Positions 55,385-64,000 of a DNA stretch of 64,000 nt are shown here, piece by piece (position 1 is the first letter of the stretch; each line of letters opens with the position of its first letter). A model generated the notes under the pieces. That model was not told the origin of the DNA. It saw nothing but the letters and a program-made list of their open reading frames with translations, and did no database searches. Made by a program: the position numbers and the translations under genes. Source of the DNA: Eledone cirrhosa (taxonomy: Eukaryota); NCBI GenBank assembly GCA_964016885.1, contig OZ024740.1, forward strand, positions 117,552,001-117,616,000. Reading direction: 5' to 3'.

Positions 55385-56215
55385 GGGCGGATAAAATTCC
55401 CGAGAACCATGGACGAGTTCTCTCCAGCGGCCTCTGTCCCTCATTATCGCTGCCATGTCCTGCTTCTCCAACAGACCAGTGTCTGTCATTAGGGCATCAA
55501 CATATATTAACCTTGGTCTTCCCCTTCCAGTGTGTCCATGCAGGGGATCCCACAGGAGCACTGAGTGCAGTGTCAATTCTGGATGTCGGTGAGCATGTCC
55601 AGCTAACCTCAGTCTCCTCTGTGTCACTTTTGAGCTGACTTTTGGGAGGCTCCCATACAGCTCTGAGTTTTTCATCCTCAGTGTATACTGATTAATGTTC
55701 AGAGCCATCCTCAGCATTCTCGTGTAGCACCCATCGACCATCTTAGTGAGTTTCTTGGTAAGTCTCCAAGTCTCAGACCCGTACAGCAGCACAGACTCCA
55801 CTACAACAATGAAGAGGCGGATATTCAGGTCTTTACGAAGGTCCGACTTCCACACCGATCTCAAGCTGTGGCACGCCGCCCAGGCTTTGCTCTTCCTCTC
55901 AACCACATCATCTTCCGTATTCCCAATCTTTGCTCATCAACCAATTCTAGCGGCTTACCCTATTGTATGCGCTTTGCACTGGAGAAACACCAGGACTCTG
56001 GCTTTACTGTATCACCGGCACAGAGCAGGAGATTAAGGCGAAAAAGATATAGGATGCTGAATTTGCCGACGACATAGTTTTGGTGACAAACACAGTGAAG
56101 GAGGCAGAGGATTTGATGCAGGGGGTTGAGACTGTGTCGATGAGTGTGGGGCTGAGAATGAACGAGACTAAGACAAAATATCTGGCAGAGAATGCTGAGA
56201 GGCCAGAGTGGACTA
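55385..56215 (-). mobile_element. RTE-like LINE 3' fragment with 5' inversion
   Basis: Minus 55385-55915: VESVLLYGSETW..RRLRLAGH; plus 55920-56215: DAEFADDIVL..GLRMNETKTKY. Confidence 0.85.
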
Positions 56216-56236
56216 CTAATATATATATATATATGC

Positions 56237-56287
56237 AGATTCCTGATGATTTCTAAAGAATGAAACAGTTCTAGTCCTGTAGAATCT
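56237..56287 (+). ncRNA. Intact type-I hammerhead ribozyme motif
   Basis: agattc-CTGATGA-tttc taaa gaat-GAAA-cag ttctagtc ctg-TA-gaatct; GUA cleavage predicted after 56281; lies in a 140-bp insert between (TA)n runs. Confidence 0.85.
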
Positions 56288-56372
56288 CATCTATATTAAC
56301 ATTTTTATACTCTGCTATGTATTGAGTACCTTACTTACTGTGCTTACCTCCGATTCAACCCGAAATAACTTA

Positions 56373-56464
<92 letters not shown>

Positions 56465-56486
56465 CATATACATATATATATATATA

Positions 56487-57223
56487 TGAAAAATATGGGG
56501 AGAAGAATACTGCATGGTTGCACATGGATAACATGTTATAAAATGAGTCCCTCATCAGTGATTTGCCAACGGTCATTGGTATTTCATTGCATTAAAAATC
56601 ATATACCTCACGTTGGTGCAATAATAACTAAAATAAGTTATTAGGACAATTAAAACGCGCAAAGCGAGTGAGACAAATAAACAACACAGGGGAAAGCTAA
56701 CCGAAGATAGGAAGAAACACAAGCTGCATAGTTATTCTATCAGTATAAGCTGGGTGAATATATGAGCGAGTAAGAAATAGACCTTTCGCGATGAATCCGA
56801 TGTAAGAAAGAAGGAAATCGTTTTCGTAGCGAACGGGGGAAGTGAGAAGGGGAGAAACAGTGAGTGAGTGCAAGTGCGAGGAAGAGGTCAGTAGAGAGAG
56901 AGAGTGTTAACTGACATGACAGAGGGGACGAAAGAAAGTAAGATAAACAGAGAGAACGAGGGAGCAGTAAGAGAGAGAGAGAGAAAAATAGAATCGCAGT
57001 TTAGGTAAATATATGTGAAAAATATGGGGAGAAGAATACTGCATGGTTGCACATGGATAACATGTTATAAAATGAGTCCCTCATCAGTGATTTGCCAACG
57101 GTCATTGGTATTTCATTGCATTAAAAATCATATACCTCACGTTGGTGCAATAATAACTAAAATAAGTTATTAGGACAATTAAAACGCGTAAAGCGAGTGA
57201 GACAAGTAAACAACACGGGGGAA

Positions 57224-57225
<2 letters not shown>
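56487..57225 (-). mobile_element. Direct-repeat-bounded element (~208-bp repeats, 529-nt period) with permuted hammerhead-like motif
   Basis: 56487-56695 is almost identical to 57016-57225; related to 37633-38265; (TA)n on both sides. Confidence 0.85.
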
Positions 57226-57288
<63 letters not shown>

Positions 57289-59049
57289 CATGCACATACA
57301 CACACATTTACTCACACAAACACACCTATATATAATATATTTGTATATTATTAGATGTGCTTGTGCAAATTTCAGCAGCAATGTTCATTAACTTTCCCTC
57401 CCCTAAGTTTTCTTTTTACTGTGGCTAATATTCCCCAGGAAAGGACATGATATTACTCTGATTTTGTTTCGTGTATGAGTTCATTACTTTACTATATTAT
57501 ACGCAACTGTAACTTGTTTTACTTGTATATTGGCGTTATTATTTATTGGATATTTAGGGGATAACATTGTTATAGGCTTGGCTTTATGCGTCTATATATT
57601 TGTATGTAGTGTAAATGCATGTGGACATGTATAAATGCATGTGGACAAATGTAAATGCATGTGGACATGTTTAAATGAAAGCTTATTGTATTCAGGCAGA
57701 GCATGATAAATTAACTGGAATGTAATTTCCAGCGGACAACAAGCAGAGGTTTACAGCTATTATATATTATAGTATACACCTCATGGAAAAATCCACAAAA
57801 CTTTTTGAATTTTATTAAATATAGAAAATAGCTGCTACGCCAGCAGACTAATTACTGTGCTCCACAGAGAGATCTTTAGATACATATAACCCAGAAGCTG
57901 TTCTGCTATATTACTTCTGAATATATATAAGCCTTGTCTTTCTGACATAGATGCAATCATCGAGTTAAAAAATAAGATATTATCTTTGTCACAAGAATAT
58001 TGCAAATTTCGACGCGCACCCCGCTCCCTCACTCGCACTGGCATATAAACCCATGTGAGCCCACACACGCACACACACAGACACACAGACACACAAGCAC
58101 ACACACACAGGCACACACACACACGCGCACACACATAAACATATATATATATAAGTGCGCATTTGTACATATATATATATGTATGTGTATGGGTTTTTTT
58201 AAATTCAAGCTTTTTGAAGTCAGTCACTAAAAAAAATGATAAAGCTTTTTTGTTTGAAGCAAACTATTTCTAAGACAAGTGAATATGTGTTAATGTTAAT
58301 ATTGGACGCAACATCTCGGAATGGGTAAGAGGTTTTCCTTGCAAACATAACTTACCGGATTTGAGTCCACTGTGTGGCATCTTGGTCAATTGTCATCTAC
58401 CATAGACTCAGGTCAACCCAAAACTTATGATACTCACTTGAGTAGACAGCAACCTTTTGGATGTCAGTCAGAAGGACTAGATATATTACATGGCTCACAC
58501 TGAATCCCCCATATTTTTATGTTAAAAGTACACGTGTCTGGGAAATGCTCGACCACTTCCACGTTGATAGGAGCTGACTGGATCAAACAACTGGAATATT
58601 TCTCGTTGAAACTAACGCAGGTCCATTCCTTCACGTATACGTGTATGTGTAAGTATAAAAATACTTTCAGTCATCTCATGTGTATACATATGAATTTAGT
58701 ACATAAGTATATGTGTTTGCTTGCTCTGTATGTGTGTTTCTGCTATATGCACAAACACATGCACACACGAGTGTATGTGTGTGTCTGTGTGTCTGTGTGT
58801 CTGTGTGTGTCTGTGCATGTGTGTCTGTAAATGTGTGTCTGTGTGTTTTTTTCTTTTTTACCTGGGAGTGAAAGGCTCCCAGTTGTTGTCACAATACCTT
58901 TCTAGGAGAGGGAAACTCTGAAAGAAAACATGCGGCTTCGTAAGCATCAGATGATGTTGACTAGTTCTCCTTTTCGGCTAGTGTCTTCGATGCTTAGAAT
59001 GTGGGATTGGTCGAGTGCAAGGCCTTTCCCCGCTTAAACACATTCAAAG

Positions 59050-59950
59050 CACAAGCATTGCTTGTTCAGGATATATTACACATTTGTGTGGCTGGTGGTA
59101 GCCTAAAAGGGCACCAAACTCTATAATCTGACAAGCGATTGCAATACTCTTAGCAGAGTTTGCAGTCATCGTGTATATATGTATGAATGGATGGATGTCA
59201 AGAGTTCTGTGTTGCCACGTCCTTATCAAACCAAATATCCAAGCATTGAGTCTCAAGTAACATCTCAAATGCGCTGAACAGGACATGTTGTCCGCAAGAA
59301 AGAATGCAGGATCCCGAAGCAGCTGTTTTACGATGAGCCCCATCTTGAAAAAAGGCCTGAACACAAACCGAAAATGAAGTAAAAAGACAGCATCAAGAAC
59401 AACTTCAAAGAGCTGGCATTTGATATAGGCAACTGGGAGGAGATAGCTCTAAATAGGGCTAAGTGGAGAAAGTGCTTAAAACGTAGATGCAAGATGATTG
59501 AAGAATGTTGCCTAGAACATAAACAACAGAAGCGTCAGATCCGGAAGGGTTATACTCACAGTCTTGATGAAGTCATTAGTAGTTTAGACATGCAATTTCT
59601 GTCAGTGTCTACTCCTCTCAAAGGCGGATTATGTAAATCACCTAAAGTCACATGAAATGATAACCACCTGCAACACCACTCAACAAAGATCTGGTGAAAC
59701 AACGTGTGTGATATCCAACAAAGTGTGTAGAACTAGTTCCGGACTAAAAAGACACATGGTGGTGCATAAAGATTGTGTCCCACATGGTGACACCACCGTT
59801 CCTGTGGAAAGCATAACTCTCTTCTGTCACTTGAGTCGTAAACCATGCAAATCTACAGCTGGTCAATAAAGTCATCTACGATGGGATGGGATGACAATGA
59901 AGAATCAATAAGAGACGGCCATAGTCTGTGAATAGGCTGCAATCCTCATG
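59050..59950 (+). pseudogene. RTE-like LINE 3' end with decayed C2H2-like zinc fingers
   Basis: Similarity to LRWxGHVxR..RIPKQLFY; CVISNKVCRTSSGLKRHM. Confidence 0.65.
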
Positions 59951-60509
59951 TATGTATGTTTGTATAACTATGTATATATATATATATATATATACATATT
60001 CATCATTTATATAAATCGACTATTATCATGACTATTTGAGTTGGGACGCCCACATTTTAAATTTCCAAATGCTTCTTAAATCAAACTCTTTGTTTACACC
60101 TCTACCAAAAAGCCTAAATTTAAACAAACGTAATTGGTGGCTAATGGCTACTTAGTATAGTAGTTAAAGCACTCAACTGGCATCCGAGAAGTTCGGTGTT
60201 CGTTTACTAGCAGACGCTTCCGTCTTCAGTTTTACTTTACCCGGTTTCTCAACTATTATTTAAAGTGATTGATTATTATTATGGACATTTTTATTGGGGT
60301 GCACTTATTTCATGTACAGCCCCCTCTCTCCTCCTCTCTCACTCTCTCTCTCTCTATATATATATACATACTTACTTTTATGTATGTATGTCTACACTCA
60401 CATATTTGTGTGAGTGCGTATGTATGTATAGATTATAGACATACATGGTTATATGTGTATGCAAAAAAATGGAAACAACAAAGCAAACGACACAGTACAA
60501 TGTATATAA

Positions 60510-60542
<33 letters not shown>

Positions 60543-60596
60543 TGTGTATGTGTCTGTGTGTGTGTGTGTGCGTATGTGTGTGTGTGTGTGTACATT

Positions 60597-60636
<40 letters not shown>

Positions 60637-61220
60637 CATAAACACATATATTCGTATGAACATATCTATATATTTGTTTACGTAAGGAAATCCTTCACCG
60701 AAAGGCACACCCTTACTCATGCAAAAAACACACTCAACACACATCCACATCCACATATACCACAACACACATACACATACAGGCACAGATGCATACACAC
60801 ACACACATACACACACACATTCAGACATGCGCACATAGGCACACATAAAGGCACACACTCATATAAACACACATAATTAGAAATGAAAGAGAATGACGGT
60901 CACAGCATGTGTAAAAAACTGATCCCATTTGAAACTGGCCAAAGTTGACTTTAGGAGTTAAAGAAGAAATGTATTTCTTCAGAAATGTTATTATAAGTAG
61001 CTAAATGCTTTCAGTAGCCCAAATGGGTAACATATAAAGTTTAGATTTAGCCGCTCATAAACAGTTCTTGTTGTTGGTGTTTTCCCTTAAGAAAACATTA
61101 ATCAGGGAGTTTACTTTACCTGACACTAAATTCTTTGCTAGATCTGTTCTGTTCTTTGCCACCAGATGGCAGCAGTAGGAATTCTATCTTATTTTCATTT
61201 GAAAGCACTTCCTGGTTCTC

Positions 61221-61223
<3 letters not shown>

Positions 61224-61301
<78 letters not shown>
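61224..61301. repeat. (CT)n microsatellite
   Basis: Direct inspection. Confidence 0.95.
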
Positions 61302-61304
<3 letters not shown>

Positions 61305-61449
61305 CCTCCACTCTCTCTCTGTCCGACGAGGCCCATTATTATAAACTATGTGTATGACCTGGAAAAAACAAAACCAAAACCAAATAAAGATAACTAAAAC
61401 AAGAAAAGAATAAAAATAAAATAAAACGTATCAAATGTAGCAGATAACT

Positions 61450-61485
<36 letters not shown>

Positions 61486-61512
61486 GTATACATGTATATA
61501 TATATATATGTA

Positions 61513-61592
<80 letters not shown>

Positions 61593-61605
61593 TGTATATA
61601 TATGG

Positions 61606-61667
<62 letters not shown>

Positions 61668-62042
61668 GGGGGGGAGAGGCAAGAGGGAGAGAGAGAGAGA
61701 GAGTGAGAATTAACTAAATAAACATTCGGGTATTTTGATTATGAAAAACAATATTTTGCTGCTATTCTCTTAGTTTTTCTTTTGTTTTTCTTCACCCACC
61801 CTCTTTCCTCTTTATCCCTTCGTTCCTCCGCATTTTTATTCTTCTTTTACATTTTCATCGTCATCATCACTTTTTCAGTTTTGTACCTCTGTCTGAACCT
61901 CACCTGTATCTTCCTGCATTTCTTTTTTTCTCCTTCACCACTGCTATCCTCCCAAGTGTACTCTTCAATAGTGTGTTATTTAAAGAGATACATTAAGCCT
62001 TAATTACCTACAATCTGTTCCCATCTTTCTCTATCTAATACA

Positions 62043-62103
<61 letters not shown>

Positions 62104-62799
62104 CTCTTGCAAGGTTTTTGATATGAAATCGTGTGTCGAAACAAATATTGTTATACTTGGGGAGGGTCATATTGTTGTAATAATATTGCCGGAAATAATA
62201 CAGAACACACTCACTGTTTCGTTGGTTTACGCTTCTGTATCTTTTATATCTCCATAGTTAATTTATTTGGCAATCAATGTTTATCATTGATTGACCAATG
62301 GTTAATAATTCAGATATAAATATATATATATATATATAGTTTATCAAAGTTCTTTCGTTGCACATCTGCAACATAATAGTACCACTGATGATGTTGCAGA
62401 TAACTCATTATATACTACTTGACATTTGAACGCACATGGCGAGAACATAACAATATGAGGATACAGACAGACTAATGGGAATGCTAGAAACAGCAGTGCA
62501 TTTGGTCTACAAATAATCAGCTCTACTAAAATTGACTGTTAGGAGCAGAAATATATGTATCAAAATATTGATTAAAATGTCTTACAAAAGTATAGGTTAT
62601 CCAAAGTGCTACAGATAGTAATTATTAAGACCTAAAGTCAGCGCTACTTTAAGAAATTTGATCAGGAGCAGTAACATGAAAATTAAAGGGTAAGATATTG
62701 TTTAAATAAATGTATCCACATTATACGTATTAGTACGATTATATAGGCGCAATGTTATGAGATCGATTTTTACCATCCACACACACACATATATATAAG

Positions 62800-62947
62800 A
62801 TAAGTTTATCCCGGGTTCAATCGAGAGTAACCACAGTAAGTAAGGTACTCAATACGTAGCAGAGTATAACTATTTAATATAGAAATGGCTTCTACAAGAC
62901 TAGAACTGTTTCATTCATGGGCTTCCTGATGTTTTCTCTCGAATGAT

Positions 62948-62948
<1 letters not shown>
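62800..62948 (-). mobile_element. Second copy of the 56.2-kb HHR-bearing element, rearranged within the ribozyme
   Basis: 62800-62916 is the reverse complement of ~56258-56372; the CTGATG half appears inverted at 62920-62931. Confidence 0.75.
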
Positions 62949-63002
<54 letters not shown>

Positions 63003-63008
63003 CTCTCT

Positions 63009-63065
<57 letters not shown>

Positions 63066-64000
63066 GAGGAATTGCCAAGGAAGAATCGGATAGCACGTCA
63101 AAGAATTTTCATAGATGGTATAATTTCGATTATTTTCAAATCAGATAGCAAGTAAAAAAACATACTTTAGAATGGTAAAATTCCGATATTTCAATATTCT
63201 GTACAATTGTTTGATGAGTGAAAATGGAAGGAACCATAAGATGAAACACTCAATTGCCAGTAGAATTTTCATCTTACTAAAAGCGATCTTCTTATACTAT
63301 TGCGTCTATATAATACTTCAAACACGCATAATGTGTATACATTTGTCTAGAGAATATCTTACCCTTGAATTTTTATGTTTTGTTCCTAATCAAATTTCTT
63401 AAATTTTATATTAGTAGAGCTGATTTTAGGTCCTAATAGTGATTACCTGAAACACTTTGGTCAACTTATACTTTTGTCAGACATTATGATTAATTACTTT
63501 ACATATTAATCAATTTTTCAATAACCCCCCCCCCCCCCCCCCCCACACACACATATATATATATAATATATATAATTGTCCAGCAAAGCTTAGAACTTAT
63601 TGATTAGATGCAGAAGAACATTTTTGTTTCTTGAAGTAGATATTTATTTAACCAAAATTGATTTGTAAAGGCAAGTGACATGCAAATTAAAACAGACACT
63701 GTTTGCAAGAGCACACAGATATGTGCAGTTGATAAGAACATTAAGACAATCTGATTAGAACCAATTGCAATGCCGTACGCAAATAGCGTCAATTTAATTG
63801 TATCCACCGAAGTGAATAATCTTACTAAAATATATAACAGTGTTAAAACGTAGTATATTCAATAGTGACACGTCGACCAACATTACTGATCTAGAAAACA
63901 CTAATTTATATACATAGATTTTACCACGTTAAGTTGTGATAACCTATACTAGACATATGATCAAATACATTCATTCTCTGTACGACAGTGCTGTACTCCG

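Noticed and set aside
62355-62402. CTGATGA inside a small hairpin near (TA)n
   Set aside because: No matching GAAA/UH/helix I arrangement found
63604-63807. Hydrophobic 67-aa minus-strand ORF
   Set aside because: Short, with no family motif; expected by chance in AT-rich DNA

Overview
AT-rich, microsatellite-dense eukaryotic non-coding DNA. The repeat content (a very abundant tRNA-like SINE, long (TA)n/(CA)n tracts, Penelope-like elements) suggests a coleoid cephalopod such as Octopus; this is inference. I found no convincing host-gene exons. The window holds a decayed near-full-length L1/Tx1 LINE (~27.2-32.9 kb), several RTE-type and one RLE-type LINE remnants, two non-autonomous Helitron copies, more than 15 SINE copies, and a 48-bp minisatellite inside a LINE endonuclease. 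It also holds many Penelope-like element (PLE) pieces inserted in (TA)n. The main signal is RNA structure. About seven families of minimal type-I hammerhead ribozyme (HHR) motifs sit in the (TA)n-embedded PLE pieces, and several hairpin insertions fold back at HHR helix II. In addition, three tandem-repeat loci (37.6-38.3, 40.7-41.7 and 56.5-57.2 kb, minus strand) carry a hammerhead core whose three strands are in a non-circularly permuted order (UH strand, GAAA strand, CUGAUGA strand), with compensatory base changes, repeated every ~516-568 nt in a retrozyme-like arrangement. All structures were folded by eye and are untested; coordinates were counted by hand and may be off by a few bases.
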